Part shown: piece after piece, positions 49,601 to 58,000 of the stretch
Numbering within the stretch: position 1 is the first letter of the stretch
Layout of the letters: every line of letters starts with the position of its first letter
DNA from: a virus
Strand: one strand, 5' to 3'
IMG/VR virus record: IMGVR_UViG_3300030333_008372
Coordinates: 7,777 to 71,776 of that record
DNA length: 64,000 nt
Notes under the pieces: generated by a model
What the model saw: the letters and a program-made list of their open reading frames with translations, nothing else
What the model was told of the DNA's origin: nothing
Databases searched by the model: none
Made by a program: the position numbers and the translations under genes

Positions 49601-49870
49601 GATGGAGAAAACGATCTAGATGCAAATAAAGAATTTGATTCAGTTTTAAACTTGGATAAAGGAGTCAATATTCCTTATAGCTATAACTGGCCATATGATT
49701 TTTTCTCCTTGGTAGAAACGGCAAAAATGGAGTGCAAAGTAAAATTTGAACCAGTAGCATATGAGGGTGAGCTAGGAACTGAATATCAAAATGCAGGCAT
49801 CGCTCATAGATTTGTAAATGTGATTGATGAACAAGTTGATTCTAAACCCGGAAGCGGGGACGAAACTTAA
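37679..49870 (+). CDS. Giant (4063 aa) virion protein with LamG/concanavalin-like domains and seven inserted Ser/Thr/Gly-rich modules
   Basis: TVEFWF ... QWNHYAF ... LYING ... GSFDEFRFW (LamG-like); KSKGTPKAIRNLLRCFG (baseplate gpI/gp7-like); internal repeats. Confidence 0.8.
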   Translation: MSIKDLFYGKTSYKVVTSSSLDDIGNKVESVDYVEEYVYDKERYLPTVDFGNPAEFAFYGSAEEYYETTIQRIYNQYPYDGSLRERLEFINSSSYIDKWFFENEYPRTNGFITLGQNWGNADLGSTDSFEGDANNYGKDTYFVSAKPQYVFFKGGPNAAAIRPYDDKNLDPPNFKNPLHKANIFDQNRDLESNLQIDGLSGSTVEFWFKAGGTAGDNEKFLGPSPNLAFFDLWNSGSLTAGQDNPATYGRFLIEMRRETSELDKLKGDKLFYVTIMSGNSGVDRAPIGAGTLTGSYPLDQWNHYAFSFKNNGSSTVDKQLDLKLYINGQLQETVITGSSINEVSTGPHLANIGAYIYAPNTGSVAGFTAGGRNQEGIGCVSGSFDEFRFWKEQRESSRIFQFYNSHIGGGTNTDPANNHLGVYYKFNEGVTETGSIDQTALDYSGRVSNGLIKNYDPQLSMRATASAMVESGASSAEFKDPIIYSYHPEVQRTEEEFILKGKEHDFNNVNMLYNSLPDWILTEDQNTQIIRNLFHVISAYFDQLHYLISDIPRLKDITLLSGSTDKPMPFAKELLESTGFFAPELFPNASVINNFLDRDKNGIMYEKSIHDIKNFIYENIYHNLSYINKSKGTPKAIRNLLRCFGVDDELFKINFYANNIAVKPENSYNITTVRKNFADFSSRARNNAIVFQSTASSNTNSSGYLNHSADSSAGFDSDIGMTFESEIYFASPPNVDEPNFTSGSFGYISSSMFGVHTAKASAADLDWASNDYGNFQVYAVRDEIKSPNSKNAYFQLRSHSTGEGLLQGVATATITTTGNPGNNETFTLTDAAGLAVTFVFKTGEATVDGTKDGSNVIIGLSGASGHAASVGMRIIASINASNLAMTATEVSGGVVRLTQNSAGASGNTTIDMSGVTTVTAISFTAGFSEELESKLFYDVYDNQKWNFAVVVKPAEYPNSTYVSGTTDDYRVEFHGYNMAADTVVDSFMVTASISGQAGKRFVSSKKRFYAGAHRTNFVGSVIDPSNIRASGCRIWTVPLTKDEIIAHARDTTNYGVDNPYESAYLNENKSTYSGMIPKIETLAMHWDFETVSGSDGSGEFLVEDLSSGSSDSRYGDWSAILEKQHTGQGMFFETEDSGSISREYIPTAKTQFFENLNSENFIEILDKDDEYFQKGFRSRPIRYFFAIEKSMYQSINDEMIDFFGNIAGLQSYASLIGEPVNKYRKDYKKLKFVRGLFFDKIKNTPDLEKYVDFYKWFDDAISAMVLNLIPATSDFVGVQNTVESHILERNKYQHKFPTIDSKLPDISGSMEGINKLKYNWKFGHAPASTGLSAKAIDCIDTTGVGSDTKFTILIPMSAGGESDSTATTIFLDADQTIDPVEGANMIAIGISGISSAPANVASSIVRAINGVKNDGRVDYPSTGVGQSGVQGVTASRSGAKITLTIDKPGVAGNLTNAITTTVAGDHDIVDLRTFSGGLDGVQTPSNQKINTLWWKNRAERNTDAPNNFNSVPFDNPATATITTTTGGLLNNETFTLTDAAGLAVTFVIKTGETTVDGSKDGDDNVIIGLDGAQGHAASVGERIRDAINASDLAMTAAEVSGGVVRLTQQSHGTSGNTSIDMSGVSNTTATNFTGGVDRDGVSNTRGFIHSASHQAFSRRQNSPLDFKVLEFRKEGPKNYRAFFPHLQYDPTNSIEIRELGIPDAIAFSGSDDHKEFYPPKKFKAALFGNFGTKEGEDLYKYLFPFNMFSSSLGTKVSREFKEGLIITDQHRDTYHTFENEPLQGPFTNTHVGGNQYRHISLNKGEKENLVERNRDGRLDDDEIRPEGWIIKFDKPEGVAATATITTTTGGILNNETFTLIDADNVSVGFIFKTGETTVDGTKDGSNVIIGLSGASGHAASVGERIIASINASSLAMTATEVSSGVVRLTQQDVGASGNTSIDMSGVSNTTATNFTGGSDGSDRRLKLVSPDFDGADKPRATYLRDETAKRPVNIRNIHYTTASQDLGNFTKNYEVVMTSGRNINNQYFKENLGVSVTGSHATLVSGTSDFTLPDRSIDAYRTKTVIAERFSAPGDPSTLSRGFLDLESESFSVYNNLNYRNFTVRNRLHSMLTASAVEFGLADGLSGLDARLDDSGETTFRRATFHKVNKNSAKRIQLKELDADGNPAGSLAISKTAVAVDCIDTAGVGSDTKFTILIPTTAGGEHDSTATVIFLDADQTTDPVQGVNEIAIGISGIADNVIAGLIRRAINGTADDKIDYASSGVGTSGVRGVTAVQGSTSTKITLEIDQGGAAGNLTNAITTTVAGDHDIVDLRTFSGGADLGGDDSYQTGSVSDNYYVQHQIPRSVMQYSWITASAVSGPFGFEKPNQAYASMASDDITFVSESDFGIVNQAATTDNVANTGRANTVGFTSNRVSAGATKAKAAMIFAAAATANETITLISSDGTSRTYTAKASSDFANNEFAVGSSATDSAENLKDAINHTNGHSGKILAARVGTQVSLVQVEAGERGNTIIAEGFGATNSVAIGGDGITGNRFTGGASSILKQPLIPLNILRSLDEDSLKNRNTLSFIANPEFTQVGEDAYNALGIASVLNSNLGSIGGAYGYPSWKQWRVGEHPVAKYHKKNNIVSVSIPATTIDPDEDKVIIAEDQTVSFTEAPLMSKFKPVVHTLNLKKGGGMVVKSSFANNLAKLGNQSVTKQKVPLFDVLGVDDSGPEPAVFDRRTKQPHDDIYKLYKKDRNIPDNVSPLTYTTPEDPFAKPVRSVTYSEVVFPKEEYAYLNKTRSRYNYTETRDQFSTGSQMSQQRTFWRDAHVDRLRADNDSTLNSLGFKIDKDATKGWPMSATASVSGGILLVDRSNPSPTTTVTSSGGSAALSIWPLDTDGEGSAVYAFMASGSFVVNTTNHEMDARPTGETYYVGRGAGELSNSTDWTLYYQDFPATASIGYNFVQLLHFSGACFTEEGEPATGGDDTAGGFNKSAKLPKYQTNKMIGVNPWFDSYEDFAMDVRQLAKDQTIIPEFKISDYMEKYLDAGGVGKTLFKYLELEGSLPGENSGSDNLNIFSLLDKELIERYAETKPMNYYEQFIEQHAKADPVMTPNRFTVSFDGVLKMLPYQGFYPALRTMQLGHMFSQSFGPYIGPDDRDNWPVESDGFRNKATRTAALVQPWFNPGIMFNTIKSGIAVDWAVFKGDKNGSTTVDDATGLDAFNYFIRHDHYRGAGFISGSESSTDTAKGGPNFRFPFESLVQPERYLPISGANDSGRISHIAPQWRNFYPKNAMIGYEDTGHIYDDGTSQPAAGGVNHPPSVTLTFTGVPTDGRKIGFSPIGKYANLTGTIDTSTTNHTKTGTSGLGGEVYTIGFNGVSTAAQAAQRFGEFIAQYISSSDYPPYHSEQNDATVTLFSHGGVYNNDSDVTNGGGTILDNVTISNSGKFKGGQEANLAFFDWSGINKPYYSYAMHNFLAEVPNFFLEKGALNSNLTSFVSSPQSKWANFENGKKYYMDIILAKNKDMVMFEGPARHTIAADHERFGTGGPQGFGTFPTGYASSRGMHYGPALRWTSNSGTYGFANEGNHHDPAFAAWTPPYFYGTSIARIEFDPSNVAPDSTSDTFTIEEIFDKSTVTYINLSERHPEFAHLPEELAGLAGSDMATAGIYSNCINSPASASFMHLSSSVNIFGKAFPNLIKFNSSKNNVLGGLAPQEQEQGEDPVWVISSKFECPVLNFSGNAGPAKGTAEADLTALENACFDSQGMWYGSGSIPKGGDGILMGLRESFPDETFKPTSTKRSLINAVGFKSQKQRIGKMATSKKISEAIVAIPYVAETGQMFKLNKPVYDIILRNIVNGNPDLQVGDVPVISADIKECGVGNMIRGMAKYVIPPHFDFRNPEIMDKLGGPFAMYIIEFEHTLDQEDLQNMWQNVMPKIATTAKKSNRTISHQVGVPWEFFNTGLPRDAMKFLIFKVKKRAHNNYFALTPNFDGENDLDANKEFDSVLNLDKGVNIPYSYNWPYDFFSLVETAKMECKVKFEPVAYEGELGTEYQNAGIAHRFVNVIDEQVDSKPGSGDET
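40106..40456 (+). repeat. Intragenic module A, copy 1 (ATATITTT...FTAG)
   Basis: High DNA and protein similarity to 42227-42583 and 43196-43549. Confidence 0.9.
41675..42109 (+). repeat. Intragenic module B, copy 1 (AKAIDCIDT...FSGG)
   Basis: Shares DCIDTxGVGSDTKFTILIP and GNLTNAITTTVAGDHDIVDLRTFSGG with 44207-44638. Confidence 0.9.
42227..42583 (+). repeat. Intragenic module A, copy 2
   Basis: ATATITTTTGG...NFTGG. Confidence 0.9.
43196..43549 (+). repeat. Intragenic module A, copy 3
   Basis: ATATITTTTGG...NFTGG. Confidence 0.9.
44207..44638 (+). repeat. Intragenic module B, copy 2
   Basis: AVAVDCIDT...FSGG. Confidence 0.9.
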
Positions 49871-49877
49871 TATCCGT

Positions 49878-49884
49878 CTAATTA
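49878..49884 (+). promoter_or_regulatory. Putative late promoter CTAATTA
   Basis: Recurrent motif in a 30-nt intergenic gap. Confidence 0.45.
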
Positions 49885-49900
49885 TTTTAGGGTAATAAAA

Positions 49901-50992
49901 ATGGAATTTTTTAATAGAAAAGAAGAAGTTTTAGATATTCAAATGACTCAATATGGCAAATATCTTTTGTCAAAGGGGAAATTTAAACCTAAATTCTATG
50001 CTTTTTATGATGGCGACCTAATTTATGATTCAAATTATGGTGGATTTTCTGAAAATCAAAATAAGTCTGCCGGAAGAATAAAAGAAACAAGCAGAATAAA
50101 AGCTTTAAGCGCTTTTGAAGGTGCAGAAACAAGAATAAAAAAAGTAACACAAGGCGAAGCAGTTAAGCATCTAGACACAGACGAAAAAGCAATGCTGCTT
50201 CAGCAAGTTCAACCAACCCAAACAAGGCAATATGCGCTAGGCGGTCAGCTAGGCAGTAGCGACATATCTTCCGACAAGGCACCGTCATGGTCAATTACAT
50301 TTTTAGATGGGGAGATGGAAGGTTCTTCACCCAACTACACCGGTTCAATTAGAAATGAATTAATACCACAGATAGATATTGTTTTAGAGACAAAAACAAC
50401 TGCTGTGTCATCTGATAGTGTTGAACTCAATTACAATGAAGAAGCTGGGGACTCAGACTTGCAAGATGCTCTTGAAGAAGGTTCGTTTCAAATGTTTTCT
50501 GAATTTGCAGATGATTCTAGTTATAAAGTTGAAAGCGATACGATTATTCTGGACATCACAGAAGAACATGCCCCTCCCATGGGCATCAATTATGATGTTG
50601 AAGTTTTCGAAGTAGAGGAGGATGAACAAGGAAATGAGGAACTTAAGCTTTTAAAGTTTGCAAAATCTGACAATCTAGGTCTCAAATCTGATCTGGCTAT
50701 ACAAATTAATAATCAAGTTGTAGGATCCTCAACCACACAAGCAGCAGAAAATAAAATGTTTGCCCAATATTATATTGATTTAAACTTCGACGGTCAGATT
50801 GAAAGACCAGCAGCAAGTGGTCTTGGTGGAGGTTCCACGTCATTACAAAATACTCTGGCACCCCCAACTAGGACTTTGAGTTCTGTTCCAGTTAATGACT
50901 TTGCTTGCCCTGATGAAGTTAACTTTTTTGAACCGGATGATCTTTTAGGGGACAGCAGCGGAACAGGTGGAACAGGAGATGACTACTTATGA
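49901..50992 (+). CDS. Putative baseplate/tail-associated protein
   Basis: N-terminus LDIQMTQYGKYLLSKG...YAFYDGDLIY parallels that of 59225-60208. Confidence 0.65.
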   Translation: MEFFNRKEEVLDIQMTQYGKYLLSKGKFKPKFYAFYDGDLIYDSNYGGFSENQNKSAGRIKETSRIKALSAFEGAETRIKKVTQGEAVKHLDTDEKAMLLQQVQPTQTRQYALGGQLGSSDISSDKAPSWSITFLDGEMEGSSPNYTGSIRNELIPQIDIVLETKTTAVSSDSVELNYNEEAGDSDLQDALEEGSFQMFSEFADDSSYKVESDTIILDITEEHAPPMGINYDVEVFEVEEDEQGNEELKLLKFAKSDNLGLKSDLAIQINNQVVGSSTTQAAENKMFAQYYIDLNFDGQIERPAASGLGGGSTSLQNTLAPPTRTLSSVPVNDFACPDEVNFFEPDDLLGDSSGTGGTGDDYL

Positions 50993-53900
50993 GCTATCAT
51001 GGATCATCAGGAAATGGAAACGGCGGTTCCGCCGCCGCCCTTACATCTGGCAACACCGGTAATGAAATAGGTGAAGTCACAAACAGCGACGCTCAAGTCG
51101 ATACTTCTGCAATGGAAGTTACATCAGATAGCGATTCTGGTCTTACACAAGAAGATTTTATTAGTAAGTTTACATTGGATGAAGAAAGCATTATTCAAAG
51201 AAGACTTGAAGGCGAGACTAATGTAGGGGCTTTCAAGATATATGAAGATGATGGTGATTCAATCATGGGCGCTCTTTTGCCCACTCCACATATTAAAAGA
51301 GTAACTCTCGAAATGGCTTCAGTCAACAGTCAATTGGTCGATAGAGAGCCACACATTAAAGTTGATCAATTGACATCCGTTTCCGACAGTGGATCACCTG
51401 AAGTAGTTAGCGGTGTATCATCTGATATAACTAACGCCCTAAATCTCGCTGGAACAGCAAGCGACATAATGGTAACCGTAGATTTAAGTTTAAAATTAAA
51501 AATAGAACAAGATGATCTTGAATTGATTAAAATAATGGGGTTGAGAAATAGCTTGAAACTAAAGGTTCTTACCTCAACTAACCTCGAATTAACCCGAGAA
51601 ATCATGGGAAGCCCCGGACCTTTCTTCCCCCAAGAGGCTGGGTTCAGACTAGCCAGAAAAAAATATCTTGATGCAGGGGTTGGGTATTCAGATAAATTTG
51701 ACGCAACGGAAACCATCATCCCGCTAAAAGAAATTGGTGTTATTGAACAGATTTTTAAACAAGATTTTCACCCAAAAGCATTTGAGGGAAACCCCAACGT
51801 TACCTATGATCCAAATATTATTGATAAGCTACTTGTTCATGAAATGGACAAGGAAACTCTCGCTGATGGCACTCAAATATACAATATACCTCACAAAGTC
51901 ACCATGAGTGTTCCATGGGACGCCATGGCAGCATACGGCAATACGATACAAATGAAGAACGATGACTTTAGGAAGTATGGCAATTTACAACACCTAACAG
52001 TTTTTGCAATAACATATATAGATTTTGATTCACTTGTTTCTGAAATAGGCTCTTGGGAGGGAGACTACCAACAATCAAAAGCTGATCAATTTAAAGAAAT
52101 AGGGTATAATGATGCTAGTCTTACTACACAACAACCCCTAAAAGATTTTGGAGACTTAATTATAGATTACGGCTACAGTCTGTCAGCAATAAATCAAGTT
52201 ATACTTAATGGCAATATAAATAACAAAAATACAAAATATGTTTATAGGGGAATTGAAGAAGAGTACAAGGCTAAAAAAGGTTTAGTTTGGCATGGTCCAG
52301 TCCATTACCATGGACCAAACAACCCCAGCCCAGACGGATATCAGGGATTTATGGGTGGCACCCCGGAACACATGGCTGATTCATCTATGCCAACACCAAA
52401 ACTTAAAGAAGTCACCGCAGATGGTGTTACTGAAATAGTTGATTTGAGAAAAAGAAAACAATTAGAACAATTTTTCTTTAACTACACAGGTTTTGGATTA
52501 GGGACGAGCTTTGACGAACTAACAAAGCCAGCCAGTTCGATCATGCTTGACACTCAGTCGTCTGATGTTTTTTATACTAAACAAACAAAATCGAATGATT
52601 GGATTAAAGCAAAAACAAATCCAATCGCTTCTGAAGCAAAGTTTGCAACCCACAATAATGGAGAGGTTTCTGTTTTGTTTGATTTGGACATATTTAATAT
52701 AATAAGATACAATACGCTTTTCCCCGGTCTGGTTACAACTGCAACACAAGCAGGTAGTGCATTGACACAAGCTCTTTATAGTGCAGAAATAAAAAAATTA
52801 GAAGTCTTTAAGAAAGAAGTTACACTACTGGAAGGTGCTCAGGGCAAAGAAATCACTAATGATCTAGATGTAGCTCCAATACATCTCGTCTCTAGTCACG
52901 ATGGTGTTAAGGTAGGAAATTTGCGCCTATTGGAACCAGCTAGCAGTAGTGACCTAGCGCCTTATTCGGTTCTCGCAGCGTCGGGAAATTCATCTTTAGA
53001 AATTATTACTGGTCAAATAAAACAACAGTTTTTTATAATTGAAAATTTTAACGCAAGCAGCTTCACTCAGCCTTCTAGCAAGGTTAGAAACTATGTCGTT
53101 AAAGATAAAACCGGCAACCACACTAGGACTGGAGCCAAGACTGTTGGGGCTGGCAGAAAATATCGATATGGCGTCAATATTGAAATTAAAGATCCAATAT
53201 ATGGTTTTTTGAACACTAGGCTTCAAATGGTTGTAGGTCTCAAAAATGAGTTGTATAAATATTATGATCTTTGCACAAAAAGCAGGGAATTTACAAATAG
53301 CTACACCAATATGTTTACTAGAAAATTCGAGAAGAGATGGGAATACTCTCCTAGTTTTAACACAGCCACACCGGGGCTTCCAAACGACACTTTTACAAAA
53401 TTTAAAAAAAGTAATCTGGGTTTGTTGATTACAGATTTTATACAGAATGTAATGATGGTTTTAAAACCGTTGCCTACCATAACTGCTTCAGAAACGCTTG
53501 ATTTGATGTTTGCTTTAACAAACCCAATGACAGGAAGTCCAAGTGGAGTTTCTTCTGTTATAGATTTTGTCTTGACTGTGGAAAAAGGTTTGCGAGATTT
53601 ACTAAACACATCATCCTCCTCGAACAGTGTAAAGTCTTTGACATATGGAGAGGATACATTAGGGGAGAAGTTGGCATCATCTGGTGCAAAAGAACCAAAA
53701 AATATTATCAAACTTACAATTATGTTAGATGGTATATATGACACAAGTGTTGCTGGTTTAGAAGGTTACGAATATATATTTGATGAAAAGATTTTATCTG
53801 AAGGCACTGAATGGCAGGGTGAAGATATGCCAATGAGCCTAAGTAATGTTGGTATGCTTAAAAGGCTAGGTTTTGAAGGAGTAAAATATGGCACAGGGGG

Positions 53901-55002
53901 GGTTGCCACTCAAGAATTAGCTCCGCATCTAGGTCCCGTATCTGTATCAACAGAAAGAGGAAAAAGATTTCTAGATAAAACACAAATAGGAATAACCCAG
54001 CAAACTCCAAATTTAGTTAATGCCATGATTGAAGTCCTAGAATCAAAGAGTGAGGGTCTTAATGCTTTAGACATGGGCGATGTGTATCAAACAACTGATG
54101 CCCTAAAAGATATACCAACTACAAAATTTGGAGCGGGAGCGAAAATTCCCTCTTCGAAGCGCAGGGTGCCGAACATAATGAATATCTTATCTCAAGATGG
54201 AGTCTCTATTAGCAGCATCGGCTCAGATTTGATAGCGCCGTTTAATTTAGAAAACCCAACCATTTCACCTATTGGAGGTCTTATTGCTGCTGGTGGTTCA
54301 TATGGGGTCACCCCTGAAAGCCCCAGTCTCATCGCAAACCCGCTAGAAGGAGGGGGGTTTAAAAATTCTATTGCGAATATCAATGCTTATAAAAAATCAA
54401 TTGTAGAAGCATTTGGTCCTTCTACTGCCCAAGATGCATCATGGTTTCTTTTAACTTTAATGCTTATGAGACACGCTGGTTACTTAGAAAATATCGATTC
54501 TCAAACTCCAAAGCTAACTTCTTTTGCTCTCGCTTCTCAAGTATTTGCTTTTGCTATTGGTGCGGCTTTCGGCGGGTCTCTTGAAGTACCAAAACAAATG
54601 GAAAACTTATTCAACATGATGATCGAAGATGTCCCTCCGGACCAATTGAACAATATTGAGGCAATCAGGGAATATTCTAAGAAATTTGATAATTATGCTA
54701 ATTTAGCAAATTTAGTTATTAATTATACAACTATGGTTAGGGTAGAATATTTTAGTGGCTATAATAAAATTATAGATCCATATGGTTTTATAGATAATTT
54801 AAAAAGTCCAATTTATAAGCCGTTTACAGGTCAAGCTTATGTAGATGCAATTGCAGCAGGTGGCGACTACTCTACATATGAACCAGTTTTATTGCTTAAG
54901 ATAAGCCCTTATGATAAGGCAGCAATTTTTCAAATAAGTGATAGTATTAAGTTGCCAATATATAATGAATACTTTTTGTTAAGATTACAGGGTAATCAAT
55001 AG
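50989..55002 (+). CDS. Large (1337 aa) putative virion protein
   Basis: Long ORF in the structural module; His-rich WHGPVHYHG motif. Confidence 0.65.
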   Translation: MSYHGSSGNGNGGSAAALTSGNTGNEIGEVTNSDAQVDTSAMEVTSDSDSGLTQEDFISKFTLDEESIIQRRLEGETNVGAFKIYEDDGDSIMGALLPTPHIKRVTLEMASVNSQLVDREPHIKVDQLTSVSDSGSPEVVSGVSSDITNALNLAGTASDIMVTVDLSLKLKIEQDDLELIKIMGLRNSLKLKVLTSTNLELTREIMGSPGPFFPQEAGFRLARKKYLDAGVGYSDKFDATETIIPLKEIGVIEQIFKQDFHPKAFEGNPNVTYDPNIIDKLLVHEMDKETLADGTQIYNIPHKVTMSVPWDAMAAYGNTIQMKNDDFRKYGNLQHLTVFAITYIDFDSLVSEIGSWEGDYQQSKADQFKEIGYNDASLTTQQPLKDFGDLIIDYGYSLSAINQVILNGNINNKNTKYVYRGIEEEYKAKKGLVWHGPVHYHGPNNPSPDGYQGFMGGTPEHMADSSMPTPKLKEVTADGVTEIVDLRKRKQLEQFFFNYTGFGLGTSFDELTKPASSIMLDTQSSDVFYTKQTKSNDWIKAKTNPIASEAKFATHNNGEVSVLFDLDIFNIIRYNTLFPGLVTTATQAGSALTQALYSAEIKKLEVFKKEVTLLEGAQGKEITNDLDVAPIHLVSSHDGVKVGNLRLLEPASSSDLAPYSVLAASGNSSLEIITGQIKQQFFIIENFNASSFTQPSSKVRNYVVKDKTGNHTRTGAKTVGAGRKYRYGVNIEIKDPIYGFLNTRLQMVVGLKNELYKYYDLCTKSREFTNSYTNMFTRKFEKRWEYSPSFNTATPGLPNDTFTKFKKSNLGLLITDFIQNVMMVLKPLPTITASETLDLMFALTNPMTGSPSGVSSVIDFVLTVEKGLRDLLNTSSSSNSVKSLTYGEDTLGEKLASSGAKEPKNIIKLTIMLDGIYDTSVAGLEGYEYIFDEKILSEGTEWQGEDMPMSLSNVGMLKRLGFEGVKYGTGGVATQELAPHLGPVSVSTERGKRFLDKTQIGITQQTPNLVNAMIEVLESKSEGLNALDMGDVYQTTDALKDIPTTKFGAGAKIPSSKRRVPNIMNILSQDGVSISSIGSDLIAPFNLENPTISPIGGLIAAGGSYGVTPESPSLIANPLEGGGFKNSIANINAYKKSIVEAFGPSTAQDASWFLLTLMLMRHAGYLENIDSQTPKLTSFALASQVFAFAIGAAFGGSLEVPKQMENLFNMMIEDVPPDQLNNIEAIREYSKKFDNYANLANLVINYTTMVRVEYFSGYNKIIDPYGFIDNLKSPIYKPFTGQAYVDAIAAGGDYSTYEPVLLLKISPYDKAAIFQISDSIKLPIYNEYFLLRLQGNQ

Positions 55003-55014
55003 AGGAAATGTCGA

Positions 55015-58000
55015 ATGTCAGTAAGAACACCATATGTGCCAAGCCTTTTAAGAGATAAAAGAAATCATTTTTTGTCTAAATATCACCTAATCATACAGGA
55101 TCGCAATTGGTTTAATGGAGATACCGAAGATATTAAGTCTTTGGATCCGTTTCGTGGAAAAATTAGACATATTTGGACAAAGGTGTCCGACGGTTCGGGG
55201 AGCAAGGCTTTTGGTTGGGATCCGCCCTCGTCGATTTCTCTTGCGCTTCCAATATCTGTTACAAATCAACCACTTGGAGGGTTTGGGTCGAATCTACAGA
55301 TTCGTTTCGCTAATCTTTCTGGACCAGTATATAATGGTCACAATCTTTATAGACAATCTTTTGTTGAAACTATAGATCTTTTCTGCGAGACCAGTGCAAC
55401 TCTGGCGGATAGAGCTATAAAGACACTTTTGCTGACCCTTTTCCTGCCCTCAAGCTTCCGAAAAGCCGAATCTTTTTCAGAGTATGATAATAACTCGGCA
55501 GTCGAGCTTTTTGCTGTGTCAGGTCCGGGGGCAGATACCCAATTATTAGTTAATTCATCGGGTATTGTTCAATGGAACCATGTCGAAAATGCCGAAAAGA
55601 CTGTTAACGAGTTTATGTTTAGGATGTTAAGGAGAGTTTTTTTTCCACTTAGCTACAGCAGCACTTCAACATCTCGCTTTAAGCACCATCATACGCCTTT
55701 AAGAGTTGATTCTAAAGAATCAAAAGCAGGTGACAATTTTCACAGTGTTGGGTCGTATTGGGATGATGTATATTCTATAGATAGGTTTGTTTCAACCCAA
55801 GCAATAGAAACGGTCGCATCCCTAGAAGATAAAGGTAATTTTTCCGGTGTTTATTTTGCAGATGTTGATCCTGTATATAATTTCTTAGTGACAAATTATG
55901 AGAATACATTGCTCAATGAGGATGTCACTCACACCAAGATACCAAATATATATAATGAATTAGAAAAATTGAATGGTCCACTTGGTATGGACGGAACCAG
56001 TAATCCTGATGAATTTTTAGAAGGTGTTTTGACAGGTGAAAAAATTGCAAATGTTTGGTGGTCAAATTATTTTAAGACTTATGAAAACATGCTCGGAAAA
56101 GGCACTTTGAGCAAAGTCAGAGACAAATTCAAACATATTTATGTCAAACCACAAGGGCATTATTCAAATCAATCTATTGATGAATATAAAGAACTGTTTC
56201 CAATGTATAATGATATTAGTTTTAGATCTCATTCGGGAAATAGCAAATTCATGAGCGCATTAAGATCTGCTGGTGCAGTTGAAGATTTATGGAAAGACAT
56301 TATTATTGCTGTTTTTGGTCATCACGAGCCTAAAGCGATTAAAAAGGATATAGAAGTATATGCCGGAGAACTCTCGGATTATTCCCCATATTCAACCTCC
56401 GATCCACACAGTCTCGATACCTCGCTAGTCACCAACTCAATTAGAGGAACTACAGATTTTAAATTTCCAGCAGGTGCAGAAAAATTATTTTTTGACTGTG
56501 AAAGAAATCAAAACAATTCCTCCGCCCCCTCTAATTTTGTTCATTCTCAAGTAGCGGTTTTCAATTTTGACCATTGGTTTCAAAACTATCCAAACACAAG
56601 AACACAGGCACAGTTAGCAGAATTCGATACAAAGGCTACTATGTTTGTTTCTAGTGATAGTGGCAAAGAAGCAAAAAGCAAAAATCCTCTAGTAACATTG
56701 CTCCAAGGAGTCACCCAGAAGGCTGAACTAGCCCCTAAAATAACTCAATTAGCAAGAACTTTGGTGAGATCTTATAAGGATATTTTATCAGGAAAGCATG
56801 CATATTCTGAAGTTCTCTTTTATAGAATCCAAAAGAGACAAGGTAACAATACTTTACAAAATTTCTGGCTTGAAAATACTCCGGGCATCGATGTTTTGAA
56901 ATATGTCGACACTCAAGTTAAATACGGTGTCGATTACGAGTATAGAATATATGCCTATACTTTGGTTGTCGGCACAAAATACAGATATGCAGCTAATGAA
57001 TTAGCTGAAAATGGTGAAAAAATACCTTTTCTTCTCGACAAATCCGAATTGGGGACTGGAGAGTACAAATATTATAACGGCGAAACGTTTCGCAATGGTG
57101 CGCCAAAATTTTATCTTAGCAAATACGTATTCGACCATCAGAAAGCTGCCAATGGTAACAATCCACTTAACAATGGTGAAAAATTTGGATCGGGAGTCGC
57201 CGCTGGCTACTTTAAAAACCCAGAACCAATTCATGATATTTATGAGTCTACTGGAGGCGATTTTTCTGAGGAGGATTCATTCGACGACCTCGGCACCAAT
57301 ATCAGGACTATGAGGTTATTTAAAGACTATTCATTTAAATACCCAGATACGATTGGTCTAATATATGAATTATATCAAGAAGAATTAGCCAAGGTCCCCG
57401 GCATTCGAGCACAGATGGAGGAGAAGAATCTCACTCAGAATGAAGTGGCGACTATAAGAGGGCAACTGGGGATGTTCATCCGGCTTCAATTAGAAAAGCA
57501 TGCATTAACATTGCTCAAGTCTCTCAATGGTTTTGAACCTTGGATAAATGATTTGGTGTATGACGACGAATCAGAGCAAAGAAAAAAATTGATAGTTTGG
57601 GAATATAATAATTTAATTGAATTCACAGATATTGGCAATCTTTATGCGTTGTATATGGGGATTACCAGTGAAAACCCTATTAACATCCTGTCTGTATTCC
57701 AGATGCTCGAAGGAGGATTTGAAGGCTATGATACTCCAGAGCTTCAGCAATCAATTTCCTCTCTTAAAGATATAATAAAAGATCTACAAATGATAGTGCA
57801 GAAATTTGATGCTCAAAGGCAAATATTAGAAAAATATATGACTGTTGGTATGGAGGTGGAAGGAAATGAATTTAAACAGGAAAAGATGTCTGTTAAGGGC
57901 TACAACGTAGACCCCGATAATGTTTTCGCCACCCCAATGACCCCCTCAGATATTAATATTATTAGTGAGGCTATCCCGCTTCGAAACACCCAGATCGGTA

